Source of the DNA: Pseudomonadales bacterium
GTDB lineage: Bacteria; Pseudomonadota; Gammaproteobacteria; Pseudomonadales; Azotimanducaceae
DNA: 64,000 nucleotides
Direction of reading: 5' to 3'
Assembly: GCA_023300545.1 (NCBI GenBank)
Contig: JALZVT010000167.1
Location: 153 to 64,152 of the forward strand
Below the pieces are notes generated by a model. It was given only the letters and a program-made list of their open reading frames with translations, was not told where the DNA came from and did no database searches. Position numbers and translations under genes: made by a program. Shown piece by piece: positions 1 through 11,700 of the stretch (position 1 is the first letter of the stretch; each line of letters opens with the position of its first letter).

Positions 1-51
1 GAAGCTACCTGGCTCAAATTACGAGCCCTGTTACCGAGTGATTGCCGGCTG

Positions 52-711
52 ATGAGTATGCCCAGAGCCCTAGTGTCGATGGACTCGCTTGAGTGCGTGC
101 GTGATGGCCGGGCCCTGTTTAGCGGACTGACGACTACGCTTGAAGGCGGCGAGCTGCTTGCACTGCAAGGTGCCAATGGCGCGGGCAAGTCAACCTTGCT
201 GCGTGCGCTTGCGGGTCTCTACCCCGATTACACTGGAGAGCTGCGCACAAGTGCATTTGTATACAGCGGGCACAAGGCCGGGGTCTCTGGCCATCTATCG
301 ACGAGTGAGAATTTGCGGTTTCTCGTTGGGTTAGCGAGTCACGACGAGCAACCACTGCAGCCGCTTGCGCCGTCTATCGACCGCGCACTTGCAGACGTTG
401 GGCTCGCCGGCTACGAAGAGGTGCGTTGCAATGAGTTGTCAGCCGGACAATTGCGGCGCGTGGGCCTTGCGCGTCTATTACTCGCAAGTGAACCGCTTTG
501 GTTATTGGATGAGCCGCTCACGGCACTGGATCCGTCTGGCGCGCAACTGCTGGGGCGGGTGCTGGATCAACACACACAGGCGGGTGGAGCGGCGGTATGC
601 GCCACTCATCAGAGCCTGCCAGCAACAACGCATCGCACGCTGTTGCTAACACCTGCTGGCATACCAGAATTTCGGAATTCACAACCGGTGCTGCAAGAGC
701 CGTCGAAATGA
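52..711 (+). CDS. ccmA: Cytochrome c maturation heme exporter, ATP-binding subunit CcmA
   Basis: 219-aa ORF with Walker A GANGAGKST, signature-like LSAGQLRR and Walker B LWLLDEP. First gene of a contiguous ccm run. Its stop overlaps the ccmB start (ATGA at 708-711). Confidence 0.9.
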   Translation: MSMPRALVSMDSLECVRDGRALFSGLTTTLEGGELLALQGANGAGKSTLLRALAGLYPDYTGELRTSAFVYSGHKAGVSGHLSTSENLRFLVGLASHDEQPLQPLAPSIDRALADVGLAGYEEVRCNELSAGQLRRVGLARLLLASEPLWLLDEPLTALDPSGAQLLGRVLDQHTQAGGAAVCATHQSLPATTHRTLLLTPAGIPEFRNSQPVLQEPSK

Positions 712-1376
712 CCGTATTTGTATCGTCTCTGGCCCGAGACTGGCGGGCAAATTTGCGCCAGCCGAGCCAGATTATTAACCCGCTGGCCTTCTTTTTATTG
801 GTGGTCTCCCTATTTCCTCTGGGTGTGGGGCCTGAGCCTTTGGTGTTGGCTCGCATAGCCCCTGGCGTGGTGTGGGTGTTGGCGCTGCTTGCTGCGCTGC
901 TGTCGGTGGAGGGTCTGTACCGGCAAGATTATGATGATGGCTCGCTTGAGCAGCTCGTTATTGGTGCGCGACCGCTGTATTTCGCGGTGCTTGGCAAGGC
1001 CACCTCGCAGTGGTTGGTGACTGGGGCGCCGCTGACCCTGCTGGCGCCAATCGCTGGCTTTATGCTGTATCTGCCGACCGAGCAGGTGGGTTGGTTGATG
1101 CTCAGTCTTGCGCTGGGCACCCCGACAATCACTTTGTTGGCTGGGATTGGTGCCGCACTTACAGTGGGTGTGAATCGTGGCGGCACATTGCTGGCGCTCA
1201 TCATTTTACCGCTGTTTGTACCTGTGCTGATTTTTGGCACCGCTGTGACAGAAACATTGCTGTTGGGGGCTTCGCGTGAATTCCCCCTCTTGATATTGTG
1301 TGCATTGCTGGCGGCTAGTATTACGTTGGCGCCGTTCGCAATTGCTGCTGCGCTGAAAATTGGTGTGGAGCAGTAG
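708..1376 (+). CDS. ccmB: Heme exporter membrane subunit CcmB
   Basis: Polytopic membrane ORF. I chose the ATG at 708 (MTVFVSSLARDW...) because it overlaps the ccmA stop. The track ORF from 597 would overlap ccmA by over 100 nt. Confidence 0.85.
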   Translation: MTVFVSSLARDWRANLRQPSQIINPLAFFLLVVSLFPLGVGPEPLVLARIAPGVVWVLALLAALLSVEGLYRQDYDDGSLEQLVIGARPLYFAVLGKATSQWLVTGAPLTLLAPIAGFMLYLPTEQVGWLMLSLALGTPTITLLAGIGAALTVGVNRGGTLLALIILPLFVPVLIFGTAVTETLLLGASREFPLLILCALLAASITLAPFAIAAALKIGVEQ

Positions 1377-1459
1377 CGCTCGCAGCCACAAGCCAAAGTT
1401 AAAGCCAACTCACATGAACTTAGGTCCCTTGTAAAAGGGCAAATGATCAGAGAACCGGT

Positions 1460-2239
1460 ATGAGCTCAGGAAGAGAAACAGACAGCGGTGCGCAGAGAAA
1501 GCCCCACGGCTGGCTGAAAACGCTTTGGCACAAACTCGGTTCGCCGCGTTGGTTCTATGATATTGGCGGGCGCTGGTTATATGGCTTTGGTGCCTTCGCA
1601 GTGGTTTTGCTCACTATCGGTACGATCTGGGGGCTGGCTGTTGCACCGATCGACTATCAGCAGGGCAATAGCTACCGAATCATGTTTGTGCATGTGCCTA
1701 CCGCCATTGTTGCACAATCTTGTTTCATGCTGTGCGGTGCCGCCGGTATGGTCCTTTTGGTATGGCGTATGAAAATGGCTGATATGGCTCTCGAGGCAGC
1801 GGTGCCCATTGGCTTGTTGATGAGTGCTCTCGCGTTGGCCTCAGGCAGTATCTGGGGGCGACCGACATGGGGCGCGTGGTGGGTGTCTGACGCCCGCACG
1901 GTTTCCACCTTGATCATGTTGTTTCTATATATCGCACTCTACGCGCTCCGCGGAGCTATCCCACGAGCCGAAGCAGCAGGGCGAGCCTGCGCCGTTCTTG
2001 CTATTGTAGGGCTCGTTAACATACCGATCATTAAATACTCGGTGGAGTGGTGGAACACCCTGCACCAGACCAGCAGTTTTTCGGTCGTTGAGCGACCGGC
2101 AATGCCCGCATCAATGTACTTGCCGCTACTGTTAAACGTGATCGGATTTTATTGTTTTTTTGCTACGGTGCTAATTGCACGGATGCGCACGCTGGTACTC
2201 AAAAAAGAGTCCGGCGCACGTTGGGTACAGGAGTTGTAA
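1460..2239 (+). CDS. ccmC: Heme exporter / heme lyase subunit CcmC
   Basis: 259-aa polytopic ORF with the tryptophan-rich heme-handling motif [15 protein letters not shown]. Sits between ccmB and ccmD. Confidence 0.9.
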   Translation: MSSGRETDSGAQRKPHGWLKTLWHKLGSPRWFYDIGGRWLYGFGAFAVVLLTIGTIWGLAVAPIDYQQGNSYRIMFVHVPTAIVAQSCFMLCGAAGMVLLVWRMKMADMALEAAVPIGLLMSALALASGSIWGRPTWGAWWVSDARTVSTLIMLFLYIALYALRGAIPRAEAAGRACAVLAIVGLVNIPIIKYSVEWWNTLHQTSSFSVVERPAMPASMYLPLLLNVIGFYCFFATVLIARMRTLVLKKESGARWVQEL

Positions 2240-2245
2240 AGGCGT

Positions 2246-2467
2246 ATGGCTGCGCAAGAAACGGTAGAGACATTCTGGGCATTCGACAGCTTCAGTGACT
2301 TTCTGGCCATGGGTAACCATGGCTTTTACGTCTGGCTAGCCTACGGTTTGACCTTTCTGGTACTGGGTGGGCTTGCGTGGCAGAGTTTTGCCGGTCATGC
2401 CCGCCTGCGCCGTGACATTGCGGCGCAAGCTCGTCGTAACACTTCTTCCCCTGGAGCGCCTAAATAG
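2246..2467 (+). CDS. ccmD: Heme exporter small subunit CcmD
   Basis: 73-aa single-TM ORF (FYVWLAYGLTFLVLGGL) wedged between ccmC and ccmE, directly abutting the ccmE start. Confidence 0.8.
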   Translation: MAAQETVETFWAFDSFSDFLAMGNHGFYVWLAYGLTFLVLGGLAWQSFAGHARLRRDIAAQARRNTSSPGAPK

Positions 2468-3037
2468 ATGAAACCACAACGCAAGCAGCGGTTGATGCTG
2501 GTGGGTTTTTTGTTTCTTGGTACAGCCGCGGCAGTGGGTTTTCTGCTGATGGCATTGCAACAGAACGTTGATTTGTTTTACCCACCTGAAAAGGTGGTCT
2601 CGGGTGAGGCGCCGATTAATCAGCGCATGCGGGCCGGTGGCATGGTGCTTGAAGGCAGCGTCCAGCGGGACGATTCGCTCGACGTTAGTTTTATGCTGAG
2701 TGATATGGCGGGTTCGGATTTTGAGGTGCGCTATACCGGCATTCTGCCTGATCTGTTTCGCGAGGGTCAGGGCATTGTGGCGACGGGCAAGCTCACAGCT
2801 GATGGCGTGTTCATGGCCGAACAGGTTTTAGCTAAGCACGACGAAAACTACATGCCTCCTGAGCTGGCTAATATGGCTCAAAATATAAAAGACAATGCGG
2901 ACACCGGTACAGGTGCAGGCTCAGGCGCACAAGAGGGCGCTGGGTCTAATCTTCCGGGTGGATCGGCCGCGGGTATGACGTCCGACGGCGCAGAGAAAAC
3001 CGGTCTGCCGGCAGCCAACTGGGGCCGTGAATCATGA
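2468..3037 (+). CDS. ccmE: Periplasmic heme chaperone CcmE
   Basis: N-terminal membrane anchor and the heme-binding region [12 protein letters not shown] (HxxxY). The C-terminus carries an extra G/A/S-rich tail of about 50 aa. Confidence 0.9.
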   Translation: MKPQRKQRLMLVGFLFLGTAAAVGFLLMALQQNVDLFYPPEKVVSGEAPINQRMRAGGMVLEGSVQRDDSLDVSFMLSDMAGSDFEVRYTGILPDLFREGQGIVATGKLTADGVFMAEQVLAKHDENYMPPELANMAQNIKDNADTGTGAGSGAQEGAGSNLPGGSAAGMTSDGAEKTGLPAANWGRES

Positions 3038-5061
3038 TTGTTGAAGTGGGTCACTTTGCGCTGATTCTTGGCGGTATCCTCGCCCTGTTGGTGAGTGTGT
3101 GTGGTCTCGTTGGCGCATCGAACGGCAACATGGCGCTTATGCGGGCCAGTCGTTACATGGTGTTCGGGCAGATGTTCTTTCTGCTGGTGGCTTTTGTTGC
3201 ACTGTTGCAGGGCTTCCTGAAAGACGATTTCACCGTGGCTTATGTCGCCCGAAACTCAAACTCGTTATTGCCCTGGTATTATAAGGTCAGCGCGCTGTGG
3301 GGGGCTCACGAGGGCTCGTTTCTGCTGTGGACGCTGATCATGACCGCGTGGACAACGGCCGTGGCTGCGGTCAATGCGGCCTACCCCGAAGCGTTTCGTG
3401 CGCGGGTGCTGGCGATCATGAGCTTGTTGAACTTTGGCTTTATTTTGTTCTTGCTGTTCACGAGTAACCCGTTTGAGCGATTGTTGCCCCTGCCTCCGCC
3501 AGATGGTGCAGACCTCAACCCGTTGCTGCAAGACTTTGGGCTGATTGTGCACCCACCGATGCTGTACACGGGCTACGTTGGTTTTTCGGTCGCCTTTGCA
3601 TTTGCTATTGCTGCGTTGTTAGGCGGGCAACTTGATGCGGCTTGGGCGCGTTGGTGTCGACCCTGGACAAATGTGGCGTGGGCCTTTCTCACCGTCGGGA
3701 TTGCACTGGGCAGCTGGTGGGCTTACTACGAGTTGGGCTGGGGCGGCTGGTGGTTTTGGGACCCTGTCGAGAACGCTTCCTTTATGCCGTGGTTAGTCGG
3801 TACTGCGCTGGTGCATTCGCTCGCGGTTACAGAAAAGCGGGGCGTTTTCAAAAGCTGGACAGTGTTGCTGGCGATAGCCGCATTTTGTTTGTCGTTGCTT
3901 GGCGCGTTCATCGTGCGCAGCGGCGTGCTGACGAGCGTGCACGCGTTTGCGGTCGATCCCACTCGTGGCCTATTCATCCTCGCTTTTCTCGGTGTGGTGA
4001 TCGGTGGCTCGCTGCTGCTCTATGCAGTACGAGTGCCCACAATCCGCTCTCGCAGCGGCTTTGGTGGTATGAGCCGAGAGCTGCTGCTGTTGATTAACAA
4101 TCTGATACTGATGCTGGCCATGGCTATCGTGTTGTTTGGCACCCTTGCCCCAATTGCCTACGAGGCCATTACGGGTGGCGGTAAGATCAGCGTGGGGCCA
4201 CCGTATTTCAATGGACTGTTTTTGCCCTTGATGGCATTGCTGGCGCTAGCGCTTGGGGTGTCGCCGATGGTGCGGTGGAAAAACACTCGCCTGCCGACAA
4301 TCATGCGTTCTTTGGTTGTGGGTGCGGTGCTTGCTCTTGCACTGGGCGTGGTTGTGCCCGTTGCGGTGTTGTTACTGGTTGATGCTCAGATATCGTTTGT
4401 GGCGCTGGGAGCCCTGTTGCTCGCGGGCTGGATTGTGGCGACACACGCGCTTGATTTGTGGGCGCGGCTTACATCGGGTTCGCGTCCACCGGCCGCTTAT
4501 TGGGGGATGTTTATCGCCCACCTAGGTTTTGCTGTGACCATCATCGGTGTGTCGGTGACAAGCGTTTATTCGTTTGAGAAAGATCTGCGCATGTTGCCGG
4601 GTGATCGCCTGACTGCAGGTGGCGCTGAGTATGAATTTATAGGTGTCGGGCCCTACGATGGGCCTAACTACGTCGCCGACCGGGGGCACTTCGGCGTGCG
4701 CGAAGGTAGCAATTACTATGAGTTGTTTCCTGAGAAGCGTCGCTACAAGGCCAGTAATAGCCTGATGACCGAGGCCGCTATCGAGCCAGGCTTTCTGCGC
4801 GATATCTATGTGTCGCTGGGTGAGTCGCTCGGTAAAGATCCCGATAGCGGAGCCACGGCTTGGGCTGTGCGAGTGCAGCACAAACCCCTCGTGCGCTGGG
4901 TTTGGTTTGGTGCGATGTTGATGGCGCTGGGTGGTACCTGGGCGTTGTTTGATAAACGTTATTCGCGACTCGCGGCCCGTGAGCGCAAACGTCGCGATGA
5001 TGATCTGGCTGGGTCGAATCACATAGCAGGCGGAGACACTGTGGAAGTGGCGAATGCCTGA
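3034..5061 (+). CDS. ccmF: Cytochrome c-type biogenesis heme lyase CcmF
   Basis: 675-aa polytopic ORF with the WWD-type motif [14 protein letters not shown]. Overlaps the ccmE stop by 4 nt. Confidence 0.92.
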   Translation: MIVEVGHFALILGGILALLVSVCGLVGASNGNMALMRASRYMVFGQMFFLLVAFVALLQGFLKDDFTVAYVARNSNSLLPWYYKVSALWGAHEGSFLLWTLIMTAWTTAVAAVNAAYPEAFRARVLAIMSLLNFGFILFLLFTSNPFERLLPLPPPDGADLNPLLQDFGLIVHPPMLYTGYVGFSVAFAFAIAALLGGQLDAAWARWCRPWTNVAWAFLTVGIALGSWWAYYELGWGGWWFWDPVENASFMPWLVGTALVHSLAVTEKRGVFKSWTVLLAIAAFCLSLLGAFIVRSGVLTSVHAFAVDPTRGLFILAFLGVVIGGSLLLYAVRVPTIRSRSGFGGMSRELLLLINNLILMLAMAIVLFGTLAPIAYEAITGGGKISVGPPYFNGLFLPLMALLALALGVSPMVRWKNTRLPTIMRSLVVGAVLALALGVVVPVAVLLLVDAQISFVALGALLLAGWIVATHALDLWARLTSGSRPPAAYWGMFIAHLGFAVTIIGVSVTSVYSFEKDLRMLPGDRLTAGGAEYEFIGVGPYDGPNYVADRGHFGVREGSNYYELFPEKRRYKASNSLMTEAAIEPGFLRDIYVSLGESLGKDPDSGATAWAVRVQHKPLVRWVWFGAMLMALGGTWALFDKRYSRLAARERKRRDDDLAGSNHIAGGDTVEVANA

Positions 5062-5665
5062 GCAGCCTTCAGGAGCGCAAGCAACAGGCGTTGATGCGAC
5101 CGAGAGCTTTGGCCGCGGGCGGCTGTTTTTACCGTTGCTGGTTTTTGCTGTTATCGCAGTCGTAGGTTTCATCGGATTTTATCTTGGGGATCGCAAGCAG
5201 CTGCCTTCTGCTTTGCTGGACAAACCGTTTCCTGAGTTTCGGGCGCGCATTCTCGACAGTCAGGCCACAGGTGGGCCAGAACGTTTTGCCACGCGGGCAG
5301 ATCTGCTTGGGCGGATCGTGTTAGTGAATGTCTGGGCCACCTGGTGCCCAACCTGTCGTGCTGAACACAATGAGCTGGCTCGTATCGCAGAATCCTATGG
5401 TTTGCCCATTATTGGGGTGAACTATAAAGACCGGCCTGAGCTGGCACAGCAGTGGCTGGCACGCTACGGCGATCCATATGACTTTCATATCGAAGATCTT
5501 GATGGCCAGCTTGGTATTGAGCTGGGTGTCTACGGCGCACCGGAGTCGTTTTTGTTAAACGCTGAAGGGCGCATTGTTTACAAGCGCGTGGGGGACATCA
5601 ATCCGCGCATTTGGCAAAACGAATTGTTGCCCCGACTGACCGCTATGGAGTTTTTTAACCGCTGA
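5054..5665 (+). CDS. ccmG: Thiol:disulfide interchange protein CcmG/DsbE
   Basis: 203-aa ORF with an N-terminal anchor and thioredoxin active site [12 protein letters not shown]. Overlaps the ccmF end. Confidence 0.9.
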   Translation: MPEQPSGAQATGVDATESFGRGRLFLPLLVFAVIAVVGFIGFYLGDRKQLPSALLDKPFPEFRARILDSQATGGPERFATRADLLGRIVLVNVWATWCPTCRAEHNELARIAESYGLPIIGVNYKDRPELAQQWLARYGDPYDFHIEDLDGQLGIELGVYGAPESFLLNAEGRIVYKRVGDINPRIWQNELLPRLTAMEFFNR

Positions 5666-6204
5666 TGCGTTGCGCCGTTTTTTTTCGAGCCTCCCGTTCG
5701 CTGGGGGTTTTTGGTATTTTGTATCTTCTGGTGAGCGCTGTCGGTGGTTTAGTCTCGCTGCCGGTAATGGCTGCGAGTACGGTCGATACGTTCAGCTTTG
5801 TTGCGCCGGATCATGAAGAGCGTTACCGCGGGCTCATTGCCGAGATTCGCTGTCCGAAGTGCCAGAACGTGAACATTGCGGGTTCGGATGCACCGATTGC
5901 GAAAGACCTCAGGGTTACCGTGCATCGCCTGTTATCTGATGGAATGAGCGACCAGGAAATCCTTGATTTCTTGCAGGCGCGCTACGGCGACTTTGTTCTC
6001 TACGACCCTCCAATGCGCTCGAATACGCTGGTGTTGTGGCTAATGCCGCTGCTTGGATTTGTGCTGGTGATCGGCATAGTGCTGCGCATGGCGCGACGGG
6101 TTCCCCAGGCGAGTGAACTGAGCGCTGACGATGCACTGAAACTGCAAGGCCTGCTCGATAGGAGCGCGCTGGGTGACCGTTCTACAACAGAGAACAACAC
6201 ATGA
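5665..6204 (+). CDS. ccmH: Cytochrome c maturation protein CcmH
   Basis: 179-aa ORF with a signal/anchor sequence and the CxxC motif IRCPKCQNVNIAGSDAP. TGATG overlap with ccmG. Confidence 0.88.
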   Translation: MRCAVFFRASRSLGVFGILYLLVSAVGGLVSLPVMAASTVDTFSFVAPDHEERYRGLIAEIRCPKCQNVNIAGSDAPIAKDLRVTVHRLLSDGMSDQEILDFLQARYGDFVLYDPPMRSNTLVLWLMPLLGFVLVIGIVLRMARRVPQASELSADDALKLQGLLDRSALGDRSTTENNT

Positions 6205-7481
6205 CGTTCTGGCTTCTGGTGGCAATTTTGGTGGTGCTTGCCATCGGCTTTTGCCTACCATTGTGGCGGGGGGCCGCAAAGGGAGATCCGGTTGGCGCCC
6301 AAGACATTGCCCGAGCGCGGGATTCGGCAGCGTCTGCTCGTGAGGCGTACAACGCAGGCCTGTATGCCGATTATCAGCAGGAATTGGCTGAAGACCTTAG
6401 GCTCGATGAGGCGACCAAGGCCGCTTTGCTGGCAGATAAGGCGCGGCAGCTCATAGACGATACGCGGCATCTCAACCAGACAACCCCAGCGGTAAGCCGT
6501 TCGACAAGGGTCGGGAGTGAAGCGGGATGGGGCGTGAAGCTTGCGGTTCTAGGGCTCGTTATTGTGGGTTCTCTGGCGACTTATTTTGAACTTGGCACGC
6601 CAGGTGCCGAGCAGTTGGTGCAGGCTCGGGAGATTCTCAATCTGCCATCACTCGGGGAGCTCGACGGCAATGAGGGGAGTGCTGAAGCGGCTAAGCTGCG
6701 CGCGCTGACCGCCGGCTTGCGAGACCATGTGACTCGCTCTCCTGATCAGGCTGGTAGCTGGTATTTGTTAGGCATCGGTGAGTTGAAGCTGGGTTCTTAC
6801 AGCGAATCGGCCCAGGCTTTTGAGGCGGCCCACAAACTGGTGGGAGCGGATGCCAATCTTGATCTGTACTGGCTGCAGGCCCGGCTGCTGGCTGATAACG
6901 GCCAACTCTCAGAAGCGACCAAAGGCATCGCTGCGCGTGTCCTTGCTACCCAGCCAAATCAGCCGATGGTCTTGAATATGCTCGCGCTGGCGGCCTTCCG
7001 CAGTGACGATTTTTCGACAGCGGTGGGGTACCTAAATAGTGCATTGTCGAACAACATAACCGAAGGCCAGCGTCAGCTGCTGGCGTCAGGGTTCGAGCAG
7101 GCGCGCACGGCACTTGGTGTCGCGGGGCCAACGGTCGACGTTGCATTGACGCTGCCGGCAGAGCGACCCGCTGACGCGGTTGTGTTTGTTATCGCTCGGC
7201 CCGTAGGCGGCGGCATACCCTATGCTGTTGTCCGACGGCCTGTTGGCGGCGTGCCTAAGCAAGTGCGGTTGGATGATGCGGTCAGCATGAATCCGGCAAA
7301 CCCCCTGTCTGCGGCCCAGGAAGTGGAGATTGTTGTGCGCCTGTCGCTTACCGGGCGACCTCAGGCTGGGCCTGGCGACTGGCAGTGGCGCTCTGCCCCC
7401 CTTCGGCTCAAGGAGCTCAGTGGTCCTGCTCAGCTCAGTGCAGAACTTTTGCCCCCGGCGACAAAACCGCCACACAGTTGA
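6201..7481 (+). CDS. ccmI: Cytochrome c maturation TPR protein CcmI
   Basis: 426-aa ORF overlapping the ccmH stop by 4 nt. Has an N-terminal TM (FWLLVAILVVLAIGF), a second TM and a TPR-like helical region. It is last in the ccm operon. Confidence 0.75.
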   Translation: MTFWLLVAILVVLAIGFCLPLWRGAAKGDPVGAQDIARARDSAASAREAYNAGLYADYQQELAEDLRLDEATKAALLADKARQLIDDTRHLNQTTPAVSRSTRVGSEAGWGVKLAVLGLVIVGSLATYFELGTPGAEQLVQAREILNLPSLGELDGNEGSAEAAKLRALTAGLRDHVTRSPDQAGSWYLLGIGELKLGSYSESAQAFEAAHKLVGADANLDLYWLQARLLADNGQLSEATKGIAARVLATQPNQPMVLNMLALAAFRSDDFSTAVGYLNSALSNNITEGQRQLLASGFEQARTALGVAGPTVDVALTLPAERPADAVVFVIARPVGGGIPYAVVRRPVGGVPKQVRLDDAVSMNPANPLSAAQEVEIVVRLSLTGRPQAGPGDWQWRSAPLRLKELSGPAQLSAELLPPATKPPHS

Positions 7482-7660
7482 TTCGAACGACGCTGCGGGC
7501 GTGGGGCGGGAGGGGCGGCGGGGACTTTCCCAGCCCTGCGAATCTTGGCGTAAAACTCCAATAGAGGTTTCGGGTCAAAAACATGCAAAATTACGAAACA
7601 TTTTACACAGCCGCGTGTCTGAGTTTTTGGAAACAAAACTAACTACTAGGAGCAGCACGC

Positions 7661-8458
7661 GTGGCTCAAATTGAATTTGCTTCAGAATCTGTGCAACCAG
7701 CGTCGTCAATCAGAGCTCAGTCTGACGCCTTAAGCAGTAACCACACCATTAATCCAGATAGGCTCACTGGCGGCTCGCAGCCAGCGGGTGCCAGTCAGGT
7801 GGCTGGTGCAGATGGCGAACAGCCCATCAGTACCGTAGAGCGCATCGCGCGCAATCTGGCGGATCGCATCATCTTTGGCCAGTTAAAGCCAAGCGAACGC
7901 ATCCAGGAACTGAAGATCGCTGGCGAACTTAAGGTGTCGCGAGGTTCGGTGCGGGAGGCGTTACTGGTGCTCGAGGGGCGCCATATGGTGAGTATTCTGC
8001 CGCGCCGGGGTGCGCTGGTTCGGCCGCTAAACAACAATGAGATCGCGAGCATTTCGCAAGTGATTGCGCAGGTTACGGGCACTCTGTTCGCAGAGTTTTC
8101 AGCACGTCGACCGACAGGTAACTCGCTGGCGGCGCTGGGGCATGCCTTAACACTGATCAACGAGGCCGTAGAGGCAGGAGACTTGCCTGCTCTTGTGCAG
8201 GCGAGACAAGCTTTCTTCGAGCAGCCCGCCGAGTCAATCGACAACGATTTTACCGGTAATCTGTTGCGTGGACTGTCTGGCTCTGCCCGACGCCTTATGG
8301 TGCAGGCTAGCCGCAACCCCGACTTCGATGCGGCTGACACCAAACGTTGCGCCCAGGCCTTGTACGATGCAACCGCTGACCACGACGGTGAGCGCGTGCG
8401 GCAGGTTATGTCAGCCATGCTCCGTCGCGATGCGACGCTTGCGAGTACTGCGAGCTAG
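7661..8458 (+). CDS. GntR/FadR-family transcriptional regulator
   Basis: Winged-HTH segment RIARNLADRIIFGQLKPSERIQELKIAGELKVSRGSVREALLVLEGRHMVSILPRRGALV followed by a helical FCD-like C-terminal domain. GTG start has AGGAG about 8 nt upstream. The N-terminal ~55 aa look disordered, so the start is uncertain. Confidence 0.75.
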   Translation: MAQIEFASESVQPASSIRAQSDALSSNHTINPDRLTGGSQPAGASQVAGADGEQPISTVERIARNLADRIIFGQLKPSERIQELKIAGELKVSRGSVREALLVLEGRHMVSILPRRGALVRPLNNNEIASISQVIAQVTGTLFAEFSARRPTGNSLAALGHALTLINEAVEAGDLPALVQARQAFFEQPAESIDNDFTGNLLRGLSGSARRLMVQASRNPDFDAADTKRCAQALYDATADHDGERVRQVMSAMLRRDATLASTAS

Positions 8459-8492
8459 CCACTGACAGCGGCCATAAGGTTTGAGGCGCGCA

Positions 8493-8528
8493 GCGGTCTC
8501 TCAAGCTTGGCGGACCGCGAATTTTTTT
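8493..8528 (+). terminator. Candidate intrinsic terminator after the GntR-family gene
   Basis: GCGGTC (8493-8498) pairs with GACCGC (8513-8518), followed by a run of 7 T (8522-8528). The loop is large, so this is only moderate. Confidence 0.45.
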
Positions 8529-8708
8529 ATGCTGATCATTGTCAGGGGGCTTACCCAGGTGGACCTTTCCCTTTAGACTAGCTCGCGCCGCACTTGGTTC
8601 GATTTTGTCGATTTTGGGGGTGGTTGGGCCTGTTGTTTGCCGCCAGTTTGTCTCTTGCAGAGCTGGCTGTGGCAATAGCGGGTTGTTTTTGACTCAGATC
8701 CGGATCAG

Positions 8709-11700
8709 ATGCGCCTCAAGCAGATCAAATTAGCGGGTTTCAAATCCTTCGTTGACCCTACTACCGTTCGTTTCCCAGGTTCGCGGAGCGCGGTTGTTGG
8801 CCCCAACGGTTGTGGTAAATCCAACGTCATTGACGCAGTGCGCTGGGTGATGGGTGAAAGCTCTGCCAAGCAATTGCGCGGTGAATCAATCACAGATGTG
8901 ATCTTCAGTGGCTCGTCGGCGCGCAAACCGACCTCTATGGCCACCGTAGAGCTGTTGTTTGATAACTCAGACGCTCGCATTGGTGGCGAATACGCCAGTT
9001 ACGCAGAAATAGCCATCCGTCGCCAAGTCACTCGCGACGCTCAGTCCAGCTATTTCATCAACGGCAAAAAGTGCCGTCGCCGTGACATTCTCGACGTGTT
9101 CCTGGGCACTGGTTTTGGCCCGCGCAGCTACTCGATTATCGAGCAAGGCATGATCAGCCAACTGATCGAAGCCAAGCCCGAAGAGTTGCGGGTCTATCTC
9201 GAAGAAGCGGCGGGTATCTCCAAGTACAAAGAGCGTCGCCGCGAAACTGAAAATCGCATTAAGCACACCGTCGAAAACCTCGATCGGTTGAATGATATTC
9301 GCGAAGAGCTAGAGAAGCAGCTTGCGAAGCTTAATCGTCAGGCTTCGGCTGCCGCCAAGTATCGGGAGCTCAAAGAAGAAGAACGTGAACTCACCGCCCA
9401 GCTCTACACCCTGCGCTTGATTGGTGTAGATGGCGATCTCGAAGACCGAGAAAAAGCCATTACCGAGCTCGAGAATCAACGCGCCGAGAAGCTTGCGCAG
9501 ATACAGGGCGAAGAAACCAAAATTGAAAAGTCGCGCTTGGAATACACCGAGCGCAGTGAAGCGATGAATTCTGTGCAGTCGCAGTTTTACAAGTTTGGCT
9601 CTGACATTAACCGCATTGAAGAGGCGGTTAAATACAACCAGCAGCGCGTGGCCCAGTTGGAGCTTGATCTCGATACGGTGAGTACCCGCGACGGTGAAGC
9701 GCGGCGCCAGCTCGAGATGGATGATACCCGCATTAACGAGTATGAAGAGACGCTGGCCACACTATCGCCGCAGCTCGACGAGGCTCGTGACGGTGATGAA
9801 TCTCAACGTTCAGCGCTGGGCGAAGTAGAAACTGAAGTACAGGCCTGGCAAAGCGGTTGGGACGAGTTCAGCTCGCAATCTGCCCAAGCGGAACAGGCAG
9901 CCCAAGTGCAGGCCGCGCGTATTGATCACGTTGAAAATTTATTGCAGCGTCTGCGGGGGCGGATGCAACAATTGCAGATGGAAGCCGCTGCAGATACAGA
10001 ATCGGAAGTGACAAGTGACGTCGCATCGCTCACCGAGCAGATCGAACAAACCGAAGCCCAGCAGCAGGCGATTCAAGGCGAAGTAGCCGAGGCGCTGGAA
10101 GCTCTCTCCGCTGGTCGCGAAGCCTTATCTCAGGCCGAACGTTCGCTTGAAGACAGTCGTACCGTCGTCAATGACCTGCGTCACGAGCTAACGTCCACAG
10201 AGGCACTGCAAAAGGCAGCGCTTGGTGAACACAACACTGATGTGCAGACTTGGCTTGCTGAACAGTCGCTGCAAGGTGGTGCGCGTCTGGGTGAGCAACT
10301 CAGCGTAGTGCCCGGTTGGGAGCTGGCCGTCGAAGCGGTGCTCGGTGGTGACTTGCAGGCGATTCGTGTTGATCAGATTGATGGTTATGCTGACGCCCTG
10401 GCAAGATTGCCAAGTGGCTCGGTGACGCTTTTTGAGGGCCGCACTCAGGCGACTACCGACGGTGCGCTGCCGCTGCTTGCAACACTCGTGCGTGGCGATG
10501 AGCTGGGCCTCGGTGCGTTGATTGATGGCGTTTACGCAGCCGAGTCGGTATCTGTGGCACTGGCCCAGCGTGAATCACTTGCCAACTTTGAGAGCATCGT
10601 GACCCGTGACGGGCTGTGGTTTGGCCGTGATTGGGTACGAGCGATTCGCGGTGAAGAAAACGAGACAGGCATTATTCAGCGTGCGCAACAAATCGAGACC
10701 CTATCGATCGCACTGGAAGAAGCAGAGCAACGCCTTGCTGATTTGCAGGATAGCGTTGCTGAAACGAAAATATCGATTCAGGATTCGGAGACCACCCGTG
10801 ACGCGCTACAGCAACGTTCTGGTGAACTGGATCGTGAGTTAGGGCAATTGCGCGCAGACCTTGGTGTTAAACAGGTGCGCATTGAAGAAGCTGAATCGCG
10901 ACGCGAACGGCTTATCAAGGAGCGTACCGATATAGAAGCCCAGGTGGCGACTGAGTCGCTTGTGCTGACCGAGGCCCGTGGGCGCTTGGGCGAAGCCGAG
11001 ACCATTCGTGAGGCGCAAACTGAGCGTCGCCTGGTTATGCTGGAAGAGCGCGACTCTAATAGCGTTCGTCTCGAAGAAGCACGTAGTGCTGCGCGTGCAG
11101 CCCAAGATCGATTTCACCAGATCAACTCTGAGTTACAGAACGCGACATCGCATTTGTCAGCGGCGCGTACGGCTCGCGATCGACTGGTTGCCCAGACAGA
11201 AGAGCTGGTCGAGCGTCGCAAAGCCATTACTGACGGCATCGAAAGTTCACAACAGCCCCTGCCAGAACTGCAAGAGCAATTAGAAGGCTTGTTGGCTGAG
11301 CGACTGACTTCTGAATCCAGCCTTTCAGAGTTGCGCGGTGCGCTTGAACAGGTGGATCGTGATATCCGTTCGCAAGAGGAACATCGCGGGACATTTGAGT
11401 CCGCGCTTGAGGCCTTGCGCGGCAAGTTAGAGCAAGCCCGCGTAGATCGTCAGGGTCTGACCGTGAAAGCCGAGACACTGCGTGAGCAGTTGGGCACCAC
11501 GGGCCTTGAATTTGACGCGGTAAAAGAAACATTGCCAGAGGAGGCGTCTGATAAGGCGTGGACCGAGGCATTGGATAAGATGGAGCGCAGGATTAATCGG
11601 CTTGGTCCGATCAATCTGGCGGCCATTGATGAATTCGAAAGCCAGAGTGAGCGTAAGACTTACCTGGACGCCCAGTTTGCGGATCTGGAAGAGGCGCTTG

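Noticed and set aside
597-707. N-terminal extension of the ccmB ORF
   Set aside because: It would overlap ccmA by 115 nt in another frame. The ATG at 708 forms the classic ATGA stop-start overlap, and the protein there begins just before the first TM.
4522-5172. 216-aa minus-strand ORF across the ccmF/ccmG junction
   Set aside because: It is antisense to two well-supported ccm genes, has no motif and shows an antisense-type composition.
7795-8418. 207-aa ORF antisense to the GntR-family gene
   Set aside because: It has the R/S/A/P-rich composition typical of antisense frames in GC-rich coding DNA and no recognisable motif. The sense frame has a clear winged-HTH domain.
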